This document shows positions 9,733 through 19,330 of a DNA stretch of 32,000 nt, piece by piece. The DNA is from Erysipelotrichaceae bacterium (GTDB lineage Bacteria > Bacillota_I > Bacilli_A > Erysipelotrichales > Erysipelotrichaceae). The stretch spans positions 600,001-632,000 of the forward strand of contig OY781039.1 in NCBI GenBank assembly GCA_963676105.1. The letters run 5' to 3'. The position numbers and the translations under genes were made by a program. Numbering within the stretch: the stretch's first letter is position 1; each line of letters begins with the position of its first letter. The notes under the pieces are model-generated. The model was not told the origin of the DNA and did no database searches. It worked only from the letters and a program-made list of their open reading frames with translations.

Positions 9733-10824
9733 TTAGTCTTGTATAAAGTCAACTAATATCTCGTGCAAGAGTTCTCGTCCTGTTTCACTCGCTTTCAAAT
9801 AACCATCTTTAAGAACTAAATAGCCATTTTTGATGTGTTTTTGTATTACAGAGTCATAATCTTTCAATAAATCATGATCTGTTTTTTGATTAAAACCCGC
9901 AATCTCTATTCCTGTATCGACTCTTAAACCCATCATTAATGATTCAAAGGCAAGTTCATAAGAACTTAAATCAATGACTTTTTTAAGATTTGGATTTTTA
10001 ATGTAGTCATTAAAATTTCGAGTATTCTCTAAGCGTTGACAATCTAATTTACTATGGGCACCAGGACCTAAACCTAGATAATTGTCATACGCCCAATAAT
10101 GAAGATTATGAAGTGAGGGATTAGCTTTTGTGAAATTAGAGATTTCATAATGACGGTAACCATATTTAAGTGCTTCTTCACATATCAGTTCATACATATC
10201 AGCTTCTATGTCTTCATCTATTTTTTGTCTTTTTTGTCGACCCCACGCAGAATTTTCTTCGATGGTTAAAGCATAGATAGAAAAATGAGGTAAATCATAG
10301 GCAAACATTTGTTTTAAACTAGTTTTCAAACTATCAATTGTTTGTAAAGGCAGTGCATACATTAGATCAATTGAAATATTACTTAGACCATGTTTACCTA
10401 ACAGTTCAATTGAAGTGGAAATATCATTTGTTGTGTGTTTTCGATCCATTTCAATCAACTCATTTTGATTGAAAGATTGAACCCCTAAAGAAACACGATT
10501 GATGCCTCTTTCTTTTAATAAAAGCACTTTTTCTTCAGTTAGCGTTTCAGGATTAATCTCAAAGGTAATTTCTGTAGCTTGATTGATCTCTTTTTGAAAG
10601 ATATCAAATAACTGTTTAAGTTCTTCAATATTTAATACTGAGGGAGTTCCACCCCCAAAATAAACGGTATCAATAAAATCAGTATTTACATCTTCATACT
10701 CGAGTCTTAATGCATTTAAATAATCTTGAACAAGTTTAGGATGATATCCAACGCGCATAAAGTCACAGTAAGCACAAATGTGCGCACAAAAAGGTACATG
10801 GATGTAGAGTGCTTTAATCGACAT
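9733..10824 (-). CDS. hemW: Radical SAM heme chaperone HemW (oxygen-independent coproporphyrinogen oxidase-like)
   Basis: 363 aa with radical-SAM CxxxCxxC (CAHICAYCDF) after YIHVPFC. It lies downstream of lepA, as in Bacillus. Confidence 0.88.
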   Translation of the reverse strand: MSIKALYIHVPFCAHICAYCDFMRVGYHPKLVQDYLNALRLEYEDVNTDFIDTVYFGGGTPSVLNIEELKQLFDIFQKEINQATEITFEINPETLTEEKVLLLKERGINRVSLGVQSFNQNELIEMDRKHTTNDISTSIELLGKHGLSNISIDLMYALPLQTIDSLKTSLKQMFAYDLPHFSIYALTIEENSAWGRQKRQKIDEDIEADMYELICEEALKYGYRHYEISNFTKANPSLHNLHYWAYDNYLGLGPGAHSKLDCQRLENTRNFNDYIKNPNLKKVIDLSSYELAFESLMMGLRVDTGIEIAGFNQKTDHDLLKDYDSVIQKHIKNGYLVLKDGYLKASETGRELLHEILVDFIQD

Positions 10825-11098
10825 CTTTGTACCTTTTATCTACATCGATCCATTTTTCTTCGATAATGTCTTCGATATCTACATTTAAATCATTAGCTAA
10901 AGAGATGGCGTACATTAGTACATCTGCTAGTTCTGATTTCACATCGTCTAAATTTACAGTTTCATCCATAAAGCATTCTAAAAGCTCAGCGGATTCAACA
11001 ACAATAGATTTAACCAAATTGTGAGGAGTATCAGTCTTATCCCAGCCTTTTTGCTTTCGATAAGCTTCAATTTTAGAAATGAGGTTCTCTTTATTCAT
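10814..11098 (-). CDS. MazG-like nucleotide pyrophosphohydrolase domain protein
   Basis: 94 aa with a four-helix MazG-type pattern (ESAELLECF ... ELADVLMY). It overlaps the lepA stop by 8 nt and the hemW start by 11 nt. Confidence 0.65.
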   Translation of the reverse strand: MNKENLISKIEAYRKQKGWDKTDTPHNLVKSIVVESAELLECFMDETVNLDDVKSELADVLMYAISLANDLNVDIEDIIEEKWIDVDKRYKDVD

Positions 11099-12890
11099 CC
11101 ATTGATAAAACAGCCATAAACGCTTCTTGTGGAACTTCTACAGAACCTACGTTTTTCATCCGTTTCTTACCTTCTTTTTGTTTCTCTAAAAGTTTACGTT
11201 TACGAGATACGTCACCGCCATAACATTTCGCAAGCACGTTCTTACGTAAAGCTTTAATATCACTACGGGCAATAATCTTATGATTAATCGCAGCTTGAAT
11301 AGGAATTTCAAATTGTTGTCTAGGGATTAAGGTTCTTAGTTTTTCAACAATCACTTTTCCACGAGGATAAGCAAAATCACGATGAACAATCGTCGATAAA
11401 GCATCAACAGTATCACCATTAATCATGATATCCATTTTGACTAACTTACTTTGTTGATAACCAATAAATTCATAGTCAAATGAAGCATAACCTTTAGTGA
11501 CTGTTTTGAGTTTATCAAAGAAATCAAAAACGATTTCCCCTAAAGGTAATTCATAAACTAAGTTATTACGCGTGTTATCGATATAAACCATATCGACATA
11601 ATTACCACGTTTCTTTTGACAAAGTTCCATCACTGGTCCAACAAATTCCTTTGGGACCATAATTGTAGCCTTAACATAAGGTTCTTCCATATGTTGAATA
11701 CGTGTAACTTCAGGTAAAAAAGCTGGATTATCAACTTTAACCATAGATCCATCGCTTAAATATGAATGATAAACAACAGATGGAGCTGTCGCAATTAGAT
11801 TAAGGTTATATTCTCGCTCTAATCTCTCTTGAACCACATCCATGTGTAATAGTCCTAAGAAACCACATCTAAAACCAAAGCCTAAAGCCTGTGAACTTTC
11901 AGCTTCAAATTTTAGGGAAGCATCATTAAGTTGTAGTTTTTCTAAAGCATCACGTAAATCATTGTATCGATTCGCATCAACCGGGTATAAACCACAAAAA
12001 ACCATGGAATTTAATTGACGATAACCTGGTAATGCTTCTGATGCAGGATTTTCATCTAAAGTGATCGTGTCACCGACATGAACATCTTTAACAGATTTAA
12101 TGCTTGCGGCTAACCAACCAACTTCACCAGTGACTAATTCTTTCTTTTTAATTTCTTTAGGTGTACGTACACCCACTTCAGTGACGGTATAAGTCGCATT
12201 TGTAGCCATAAAACGAATTTCATCACCGACTTTTACAGATCCCTCTTGAATACGCACAAAACAGATAACACCACGATAGGACTCATAGAGTGAATCAAAG
12301 ACTAACGCTTTTAGTGGTGCATTTAAATCCCCACTTGGAGCGGGTACGTGTTTAACGACTTGTTCTAAGACATCACGCACATTAATACCACTTTTGGCAG
12401 AAATGAGTGGTGCTTCAGAACAATCTAAACCAATCACATCTTCTATTTCGTGTTTTACACGCTCTGGATCAGCTGCCGGTAAATCAATTTTATTAATCAC
12501 CGGTAAAATTTCTAAATCATTGTCTAGTGCTAGATACACATTCGCTAGGGTTTGTGCTTCTATCCCTTGCGCCGCATCAACGACTAAAACAGCCCCTTCA
12601 CATGCCGCAAGTGATCGAGATACTTCATAAGTAAAGTCAACATGTCCTGGCGTATCGATTAAATGTAGAACATAGGTTTCACCATCAAGTGCTTTATAAG
12701 CGATTTGAATCGCATTAAGCTTAATGGTAATGCCTCTTTCTCTCTCTAATTCTAAAGAATCTAAAACTTGAGAAACCATTTCACGGGTTTGTAGAGTTTC
12801 AGTCATCTCTAAAATTCGATCAGCTAAGGTAGATTTACCGTGATCGATATGCGCAATAATTGAGAAATTTCGTATTTTTGATTGATCCAT
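11091..12890 (-). CDS. lepA: Elongation factor 4
   Basis: 599 aa with GTPase motifs [17 protein letters not shown] and NKID, and the LepA-specific C-terminal domain. Confidence 0.97.
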   Translation of the reverse strand: MDQSKIRNFSIIAHIDHGKSTLADRILEMTETLQTREMVSQVLDSLELERERGITIKLNAIQIAYKALDGETYVLHLIDTPGHVDFTYEVSRSLAACEGAVLVVDAAQGIEAQTLANVYLALDNDLEILPVINKIDLPAADPERVKHEIEDVIGLDCSEAPLISAKSGINVRDVLEQVVKHVPAPSGDLNAPLKALVFDSLYESYRGVICFVRIQEGSVKVGDEIRFMATNATYTVTEVGVRTPKEIKKKELVTGEVGWLAASIKSVKDVHVGDTITLDENPASEALPGYRQLNSMVFCGLYPVDANRYNDLRDALEKLQLNDASLKFEAESSQALGFGFRCGFLGLLHMDVVQERLEREYNLNLIATAPSVVYHSYLSDGSMVKVDNPAFLPEVTRIQHMEEPYVKATIMVPKEFVGPVMELCQKKRGNYVDMVYIDNTRNNLVYELPLGEIVFDFFDKLKTVTKGYASFDYEFIGYQQSKLVKMDIMINGDTVDALSTIVHRDFAYPRGKVIVEKLRTLIPRQQFEIPIQAAINHKIIARSDIKALRKNVLAKCYGGDVSRKRKLLEKQKEGKKRMKNVGSVEVPQEAFMAVLSMDE

Positions 12891-12899
12891 AAGTTTTTT

Positions 12900-13376
12900 C
12901 TAAAAGTTTTTCGTTAATCGTTTAAATAAAGGTAATAAGCTATAAGCGAGTACAGCACAAATTAAACCTTGAGCAATATTAGCCATAAAAGAAGGAATAA
13001 ACATCGCTATTGAACTGGATAAGAAAGCATCGGTTAAACCATAACCAACCGCAATCCAAGTCCCCGCTAAAATATAAGCATAGAACGGAACAGTATCCTT
13101 TTTAACAAAGAAGGCAATAATCGCTGCTTCTGATGATTTAATAATAAGGGTAAATATGGCATATTGACCCCAACCCAATAAAATATCAGCTAAAGCAGCT
13201 CCTACCCCAGCAAGTAGTGCTAGCGGTAAGCCTAATGTATAAGCCATAGACATGACAAGTACATCTCCAAAATTAAAATATCCACCAACCACAGGAATAG
13301 GCATTGTTGGCCACATTGTAAGTAATACAATAGAGGCAATAAAAACAGAAGTTAGAGCAAGTGTTTTGACTTTCAT
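12900..13376 (-). CDS. Small polytopic membrane protein, ECF-transporter S-component-like (substrate unknown)
   Basis: 158 aa with about 5-6 TM helices. Size and N-terminal pattern (KTLALTSVFIASIVLL...) are typical of ECF S components. Its start overlaps the fmt stop (ATGA at 13373..13376). The family assignment is by eye only. Confidence 0.5.
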   Translation of the reverse strand: MKVKTLALTSVFIASIVLLTMWPTMPIPVVGGYFNFGDVLVMSMAYTLGLPLALLAGVGAALADILLGWGQYAIFTLIIKSSEAAIIAFFVKKDTVPFYAYILAGTWIAVGYGLTDAFLSSSIAMFIPSFMANIAQGLICAVLAYSLLPLFKRLTKNF

Positions 13377-14314
13377 AATGTCTCCTTAAATGTATGTTGG
13401 TTCAGACTTTCAGCATTACCAGCCCATACTGAATGTGCATCCATTCGTTTCTTCCCTTCGAGTTGAAGATCAGATACAAGTACACAGCCATCTAAAGTTT
13501 TAATCGCAATAGATTTGTCAATTAAACCTAATATGGTTCCAGCAATTTCTTCCCCTTTGTATTCTTTTTCTTTCGCAATATAGAATTTAATTTTTTTATC
13601 GTCTAAGATACCATATGCCACTGGCCATGGTGATAAACCATTGATGTGATTGACGACATCTTTAGACTTTCGATTAAACGATACAAATTCCATCTCACGA
13701 GAGATATTTGGCGCAAAGCTAACACACGTTTCATCTTGAGGGTATTCTTTGATGTTTTCATCAAATAAATCTTCAAAATGTTGCTTTAATAAATTCGCAC
13801 CACAGACTTGAAGTTTATCATGTAATGAGCCCATTGTCTCGTCTTTTTCAATGATAACGCTATCTTGAAATAGAATAGCTCCAGCATCCATTTTTTTGAC
13901 CATGCGCATTAGTGTAATTCCACTTTCTTTTTCACCATTAACAATCGCCATATGGATGGGAGCTCCCCCTCTATATTTAGGTAGTAATGATGCATGGACA
14001 TTCACACATTTATACATTGGTAACTCTAAAATTCTTTGTGGGATAAATTGACCATAAGCACAAGTCACAATTAAATCTGGATTTAAAGCCTTGATTTTTT
14101 CATAAGCATCGCTGATTTTTTCTGGTTGAAGAACAGGAATATTTTGTTCAACAGCTAATTGTTTAACAGGTGTTGCTTGTAGTATTTGTTTACGACCCAC
14201 CTTACGATCTGGTTGAGATACGACCGCGATAATCTCACAAGAAGTTTCTAAAAGAGCTTGTAATATTGATGTCGCAAATTGGGGTGTTCCCATAAAGATA
14301 ACGCGTTTTTTCAT
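13373..14314 (-). CDS. fmt: Methionyl-tRNA formyltransferase
   Basis: 313 aa with FMGTPQFA at the N-terminus and the formyltransferase motif HASLLPKYRGGAPI. GGAGGG RBS is present. Confidence 0.95.
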   Translation of the reverse strand: MKKRVIFMGTPQFATSILQALLETSCEIIAVVSQPDRKVGRKQILQATPVKQLAVEQNIPVLQPEKISDAYEKIKALNPDLIVTCAYGQFIPQRILELPMYKCVNVHASLLPKYRGGAPIHMAIVNGEKESGITLMRMVKKMDAGAILFQDSVIIEKDETMGSLHDKLQVCGANLLKQHFEDLFDENIKEYPQDETCVSFAPNISREMEFVSFNRKSKDVVNHINGLSPWPVAYGILDDKKIKFYIAKEKEYKGEEIAGTILGLIDKSIAIKTLDGCVLVSDLQLEGKKRMDAHSVWAGNAESLNQHTFKETL

Positions 14315-14338
14315 GCCCTTTTCCCTCCTTGTCGATTA

Positions 14339-14347
14339 ATTATATCA
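14339..14347 (-). promoter_or_regulatory. Extended -10 promoter element for fmt
   Basis: The reverse strand reads TGATATAAT about 25 nt upstream of the fmt ATG, and the -35 is degenerate. The fmt/rpsT intergenic region is divergent. Confidence 0.45.
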
Positions 14348-14376
14348 TAAGCTATATAAGCTTAGTTGTTCTTATC

Positions 14377-14405
14377 TTGCATTGCATTTTATAGTTTGTT
14401 ATAAT
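14377..14405 (+). promoter_or_regulatory. Sigma-A promoter for rpsT
   Basis: TTGCAT (14377..14382), a 17-nt spacer ending in TGT, then TATAAT (14400..14405), i.e. an extended -10 TGTTATAAT. AAGGAGG follows, then the GTG start at 14438. Confidence 0.65.
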
Positions 14406-14437
14406 GCATAGGCAACTGTAAAAAAGGAGGTGTCGTT

Positions 14438-14698
14438 GTGCCACAAATCAAATCACAAAAGAAACGTGCATTGACTAACCTCAAACGTGGTTTAGCCGTC
14501 ACATCTGAAAAAACAGCTTTAAAAACAGCTATTAAGAATGTCTTAAAAGCTGTCGAAGCCAAAGATGCTGCTGCTGCAAAAGAAGCGTTTGATGTAGCTA
14601 ATTCTAAATTAGACAAAGCAGTCAGTTCTGGTCTTCACCACAAAAACTATGCTGCTCGTCAAAAAGCTCGTTTAGCAAGTAAAGTTAATTCTTTATAA
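14438..14698 (+). CDS. rpsT: 30S ribosomal protein S20
   Basis: 86 aa with GTG start and a strong RBS. The sequence (M)PQIKSQKKRALTNLKR... is typical S20. Confidence 0.95.
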   Translation: MPQIKSQKKRALTNLKRGLAVTSEKTALKTAIKNVLKAVEAKDAAAAKEAFDVANSKLDKAVSSGLHHKNYAARQKARLASKVNSL

Positions 14699-14704
14699 AA
14701 ATCA

Positions 14705-14736
14705 AAACAATCTCAAATTCGAGATTGTTTTTTTAT
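14705..14736. terminator. Bidirectional rho-independent terminator between convergent rpsT and the serine dehydratase gene
   Basis: AACAATCTC-aaattc-GAGATTGTT is flanked by a T-run on the plus strand, and by an A-run on the plus strand that reads as T-rich on the minus strand. Confidence 0.75.
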
Positions 14737-14738
14737 AT

Positions 14739-15950
14739 CTATTCTTCTATAACATCCACTTCTTGTGCTAAACCTCCTAGTGAGGTTTCTTTTAATTCAC
14801 GTACGATTTTTTGACCTGTATAGTTCATTGTGTGCACGACTTGATCAAAGGATATTCGATTTGGTTTTGCCTTTGAAATGGTTTTTGCCATTAGCACTGC
14901 ATCCATCGCTCTTAGAACTGCCGCAGCATTTCGTTCAATGCAAGGAATAATCACATAGCCACCCACTGGATCACAGGTTAAACCTAAATGATGTTCCATC
15001 GCAATTTCTGCCGCGTAAGCTATCACATCTACACTTAAACCCAAAACATAAGCATAAGCCGCTGCCGCCATTGAACAAGCTGAACCTATTTCTGCCTGAC
15101 AACCACCTACGGCACCAGAGATTGTCGCATTCTTCTTAATCACATTGCCAAATAAACCAGCCACTTCTAAAGCTTCTATGAGTTTATGGCGGGTAATTCC
15201 TAAATCATAATAGAGATGATACATTAAGCTAGCCATTACGCCACTTGCACCTAATGTAGGTGCAGTCACAACCATATGACCACTTGCATTTTCTTCAGAA
15301 TTGGCATAAGCATAGGCGATTAATTTTAAACGTTTCTCTTCATGTTCATCATCTTGAGATCGAGCTTGTAAATACAAAGATTTTGCAATCTTCTCTACTT
15401 CAAGTTTTCCAGGCATCACACCCGATGATTCTAAGCCACGCTTAACAGCTGAAAACATCGTTGTTAGAACATCCGATAAATGCTCATGTAAATGAGGCTC
15501 ATAAGTCCATACTAATTGTGGAAGTGTGAAATGAAGTCGTTTAACTTCTAAGATAATTTCTTCCATAGAAGCGTACGGATACACTGTATGAGCCATTACA
15601 GTGGGTTCTTCTAAGATTTTAATGCTTCCACCACCTAAGGAAAAAACGGTCCATTTCGCAATTTCTGTGGCACGTGCATCGTATGCTCTAAAAATTAAAC
15701 CATTGTCATATTTATATTCCCAATTCAATCTAAATTGAATGGTACATGGTTTTGGCTTAAAGGTATTTATGATGATTTGATCTGTCATATGACCTTTACC
15801 CGTTAAAGATAAAGAACCATAGAGTTCAACCGAAAAACTGACTGCTTCATTGTATTTTTCTTTAAACAAGGTCGCAGCACGCCATGGTGCAATGGTATGG
15901 GATGATGATGGTCCTGGACCAATACGATAGAGTTCTTGTATAGATTCCAT
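14739..15950 (-). CDS. sdaA: Iron-sulfur L-serine ammonia-lyase (single-chain L-serine dehydratase)
   Basis: 403 aa. N-terminal GPGPSSSHT, and the Cys cluster region GGCQAEIGSACSMAA ... LTCDPVGGYVIIPCIERNA. Confidence 0.85.
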   Translation of the reverse strand: MESIQELYRIGPGPSSSHTIAPWRAATLFKEKYNEAVSFSVELYGSLSLTGKGHMTDQIIINTFKPKPCTIQFRLNWEYKYDNGLIFRAYDARATEIAKWTVFSLGGGSIKILEEPTVMAHTVYPYASMEEIILEVKRLHFTLPQLVWTYEPHLHEHLSDVLTTMFSAVKRGLESSGVMPGKLEVEKIAKSLYLQARSQDDEHEEKRLKLIAYAYANSEENASGHMVVTAPTLGASGVMASLMYHLYYDLGITRHKLIEALEVAGLFGNVIKKNATISGAVGGCQAEIGSACSMAAAAYAYVLGLSVDVIAYAAEIAMEHHLGLTCDPVGGYVIIPCIERNAAAVLRAMDAVLMAKTISKAKPNRISFDQVVHTMNYTGQKIVRELKETSLGGLAQEVDVIEE

Positions 15951-16930
15951 TAGATCATCGCCTCGATTAAAAACAGTTCAAAACCAAAACGTTTATCCAC
16001 TAAACCCATCTTACTTTTTTGATCTAGGCTTGCGAGATGATTTAAAACTTCTAAAATACGATCTGGATTTGTTTTACGTGATAGTGCTAACATACGATTA
16101 ACGCGTCCAACATTAATCGTTGGTGTACTGACAGATAATAGATTGATCATCTCTTCACGATGATATCCTTCTTTATTTAAAAGTGCGACTTGATACATTA
16201 AACGAAGTTGAGATGCGATTAATCCAACAAAAGATAAAGGTTCCATATTTAATACCATCATGTCTGTCCATATTGAAAATGCACGTTTCATGTCTTTATC
16301 CATAATCGCATTTACTAAATGAAAGACTTCATTATCTAAAGGACGTGATACTAAAGCTTCAATATCTTCTACGTCCATGTGTCGTCCATAGATTTCTAAT
16401 TTTTCAATTTCTTGATGGGCATTGGCTAAATTCTCATCTAATCTAAATATTAACGTTTCAAAGGCAGGTCGAGTCATTCTTAGACCTTTTTCTTTGATTA
16501 AACGTTGTACTTCATCTCTAAAGTTTCGTGTATCTAATTTTTTAACTCGAATCACTTCTGCATGTTTTTTCAACTCTTTAACATAGGCTTTATTGGTATC
16601 GATATTATCGTTATCATGCATAAATACTAAAGTTGACTCAGGTCTTTCTTGATTTAAAAAACGTGTTAATGAATCAATTTCATCTTTTGTGAGTGATTTA
16701 GATTTCGTTAAAAAAACGGCATTTTTAATGACAACCACTTTGTGATCTGAAAACATTGGTAAAGTATCTGCATCATCGAGTGCCGCTTGCAAAGAAAAAG
16801 GTTGAACTGACGCATCATAAACAACCGTATTCATCGCAAAATCTGCACCCAAACGATTATTTAATAAATCATTTAAAGCTTGATTTAAGAGATAGCTTTC
16901 ATTTCCATATAAAAGTGTATTCATACTCAC
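15950..16930 (-). CDS. holA: DNA polymerase III delta subunit
   Basis: About 324-326 aa with an LLYGNESYLLNQ N-terminus typical of HolA. It lies immediately after comEC and convergent with rpsT, as in Bacillus. The start is ambiguous: GTG at 16930 or ATG at 16924. Confidence 0.8.
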   Translation of the reverse strand: MSMNTLLYGNESYLLNQALNDLLNNRLGADFAMNTVVYDASVQPFSLQAALDDADTLPMFSDHKVVVIKNAVFLTKSKSLTKDEIDSLTRFLNQERPESTLVFMHDNDNIDTNKAYVKELKKHAEVIRVKKLDTRNFRDEVQRLIKEKGLRMTRPAFETLIFRLDENLANAHQEIEKLEIYGRHMDVEDIEALVSRPLDNEVFHLVNAIMDKDMKRAFSIWTDMMVLNMEPLSFVGLIASQLRLMYQVALLNKEGYHREEMINLLSVSTPTINVGRVNRMLALSRKTNPDRILEVLNHLASLDQKSKMGLVDKRFGFELFLIEAMI

Positions 16931-16932
16931 AC

Positions 16933-16941
16933 ATTATAACA
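16933..16941 (-). promoter_or_regulatory. Extended -10 element abutting the holA start
   Basis: The reverse strand reads TGTTATAAT-GTGTGAGT-ATG. Only 8 nt separate the -10 hexamer from ATG 16924, and there is no convincing SD. Confidence 0.35.
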
Positions 16942-16954
16942 AGAAACAAAGTCT

Positions 16955-18847
16955 TCATTGTGCGAAAGTCATATAAAAAGATCGCTTAAGCGTTTTCACA
17001 AAAAGAAAACCCTTATAAAAGCGTAAAATACTATCGCCGTCTTCTAAACTATTTAAAGTTTCTAGATGATATTTACTTAATGATTCAAGTACACTTTCAC
17101 TTGGATGCCCATAATTATTTCTTCCTACTGATAGTAGCGCAAGACTTGCTTGTACTTGATGAAGCAAATCTAAGGACGTCGATGTATACGAGCCATGATG
17201 TCCTAGTTTTAATACATCTACTGATAAATTCGGATATGTTTTTATGAGTTGTTTTTCAACTAAGGTTGAAACATCCGCAAGAAAGAGAAACTCAATCCCT
17301 TCACTATTTAAATAATAGACTTTTGAGTTATCATTTTCATTACTGTATAGCATTTCATTAATTTGAATGAGTGATGTGTCTGAGAACACTATTTCTTCAT
17401 CATAAGACGCAATCTTTTTGACATTTACAAGATCCATCAATGCATCAACATTTGCGCTATGATCAGCATCTGCATGTGTAATCGTCATAACATCGATTTC
17501 TTTTAAGCCAAAGTAATCAATTGCCGCAATAACATCATTAAAGGCATAGGCATTTCCTGTATCTAATAGAATTACCTCTTGATTAAAGGCTGACTGAAAC
17601 AAGAAACTATCACCTTGCCCCACATTAATCATCGTTATTTGATTAAAGAGTGGAAGTATTGTGATTGGATTTAAGATAAATACTATAAATACAAAGATAC
17701 TTAACCAATAAACATTTTTTATTCTTAATTGAAATAAACAAATCACAGCACACAAACTTAATAAACTTAGATGTCCATTGATTAAAATAAAACCTTTCAC
17801 ATGATTTATCGAATCATTAAAGAGTTTCATCGAACTTACAAATGGATTTTGTAAAAAAGGTAAACATCTAGCAGCAAATACAAATAATAAAATAAATGGA
17901 AATAGTTTTCTTAAACTTTGATATAAAAATATAAAAATTAAGCTAAAACGCATAGAAAACGATAAAAAAACCATTGATAAAATAGACCCTAATTCGATTA
18001 TCTTTTGTGCTTTAAAACTAAAACGCGATAAGGCAGATAAGGCTAATGGTAACACCCAAGAAATCTGTGTTAAACCGATCGGTTCAATTAAATAAAGCAA
18101 AATAAAATTAAAAAAGAAATGATGATCTTTGCGTGGAATAACTTGTCTAACGATTCTAAAAATAAGTATTCGAATGAGCGATAGTGGTTGACCCAAGACA
18201 TACAATAATAGAAATATAAAACAGTATATAATAATATCTTTGGTTTTAAATGACTTAAGAATTTGTTCTAAAAAAGAAATTAGCGTGCTAAAAAGAATAC
18301 CAATGGAAAATAATATTCCAACGACACTATCATGTCTCACTTGAAATAGAATATGTCGATACCATTCTTGAAATTCGATATTTGAAGCATTTTCATAAGA
18401 CAAAAAACGTAAGACAGGATTTGCTTTTTGAATCGTTTTTACATATTGAGCATCGGCAATAATATGGTTTGCTTGTGCCCATTGATTTATATTGAAGCCA
18501 AATAGATGAACTTCATCATCAATGTCTTGAATATTATTTACACTAATGATATCCCCTAGTGAAACATCATTTAAGTCGATATTATAAACCAATTCTTTCA
18601 TAACACCATTTTGTATGATGACAGATGATTGATTAATTTCTACGACACGACCTTCATCAAACTGTTCTATATCAAAACCAATATAAAAACGCAAGATTAA
18701 AATGAAAGAAAAGAAAATAAAAGGTAGTTTATAAACACGTTTTGAAAATATTAATATGAGAAATATAAAAATAAGATTATATAGAACATTTTTGCAAGTG
18801 ACTTGTATAAATATCTCACTGGCTAAAGCCGCTAAAAGAGAAGTCAT
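16955..18847 (-). CDS. comEC: DNA internalization competence protein ComEC/Rec2
   Basis: Polytopic membrane protein with an N-terminal OB-like segment and a C-terminal metallo-beta-lactamase domain ([17 protein letters not shown]). I prefer ATG 18847, which overlaps the comEA stop as ATGA, over the track's TTG at 18853. Confidence 0.85.
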   Translation of the reverse strand: MTSLLAALASEIFIQVTCKNVLYNLIFIFLILIFSKRVYKLPFIFFSFILILRFYIGFDIEQFDEGRVVEINQSSVIIQNGVMKELVYNIDLNDVSLGDIISVNNIQDIDDEVHLFGFNINQWAQANHIIADAQYVKTIQKANPVLRFLSYENASNIEFQEWYRHILFQVRHDSVVGILFSIGILFSTLISFLEQILKSFKTKDIIIYCFIFLLLYVLGQPLSLIRILIFRIVRQVIPRKDHHFFFNFILLYLIEPIGLTQISWVLPLALSALSRFSFKAQKIIELGSILSMVFLSFSMRFSLIFIFLYQSLRKLFPFILLFVFAARCLPFLQNPFVSSMKLFNDSINHVKGFILINGHLSLLSLCAVICLFQLRIKNVYWLSIFVFIVFILNPITILPLFNQITMINVGQGDSFLFQSAFNQEVILLDTGNAYAFNDVIAAIDYFGLKEIDVMTITHADADHSANVDALMDLVNVKKIASYDEEIVFSDTSLIQINEMLYSNENDNSKVYYLNSEGIEFLFLADVSTLVEKQLIKTYPNLSVDVLKLGHHGSYTSTSLDLLHQVQASLALLSVGRNNYGHPSESVLESLSKYHLETLNSLEDGDSILRFYKGFLFVKTLKRSFYMTFAQ

Positions 18848-19299
18848 AAACAAATATAAGCTTCTATTTTTGCGAAGAGTTTTTCCTTAATTCCTTTGAT
18901 TAACATAATATCTTCAAGTTTTTGAAAGTAACCATTTGAATTACGATAATCAATAATGCGCTCAGATAAAGCAGGACCAATGCCTGGAAGTGTATCGAGT
19001 TCGTCCAAAGTTCCTTGATTAAGTGAAATACACTCATCACTTATTTCATATAAAACAATTACATCATCTGGATGGAGTGCACTTTGTGGATTTAAACGCG
19101 AAAAATCGCAGTTCTCACAATCGATCAAATCTAAAAGATCTTCAACGGTACTATAAAGTTCTAATTCAACTTTTTCACTTCTTTGATCAGGATATGTAAC
19201 AGTGACGCTTATCATATCTACCTGCAATGAACTTTGAGTATCAAGTTTTGTGCAACTAGACATCATGAAACAAATAAAAAGACATAAGAGAGTTCTCAT
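18844..19299 (-). CDS. comEA: Competence protein ComEA (DNA receptor, helix-hairpin-helix)
   Basis: 151 aa with C-terminal Hh[20 protein letters not shown]...LIKGIKEKL. The N-terminus has a lipobox-like signal (FICFMMSSC) instead of a plain TM anchor. Confidence 0.8.
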   Translation of the reverse strand: MRTLLCLFICFMMSSCTKLDTQSSLQVDMISVTVTYPDQRSEKVELELYSTVEDLLDLIDCENCDFSRLNPQSALHPDDVIVLYEISDECISLNQGTLDELDTLPGIGPALSERIIDYRNSNGYFQKLEDIMLIKGIKEKLFAKIEAYICL

Positions 19300-19330
19300 G
19301 CCTTAGTATTTGCATTAATTTGTAATAGTC

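Noticed and set aside
14348-14364. The inverted repeat TAAGCT-ATATA-AGCTTA, just upstream of the fmt -10 in the fmt/rpsT divergent region, could be an operator.
   Set aside because: It has 6-bp arms in AT-rich intergenic DNA and contains a HindIII-type palindrome. Chance occurrence is likely, and I know of no regulator motif it matches.
14389-14616. A 75-aa ORF lies antisense to rpsT.
   Set aside because: It lies entirely within the rpsT gene and its promoter region on the opposite strand. Its Ala/Ser-rich sequence is what the complement of a Lys/Ala-rich ribosomal protein gene would give. It has no RBS.
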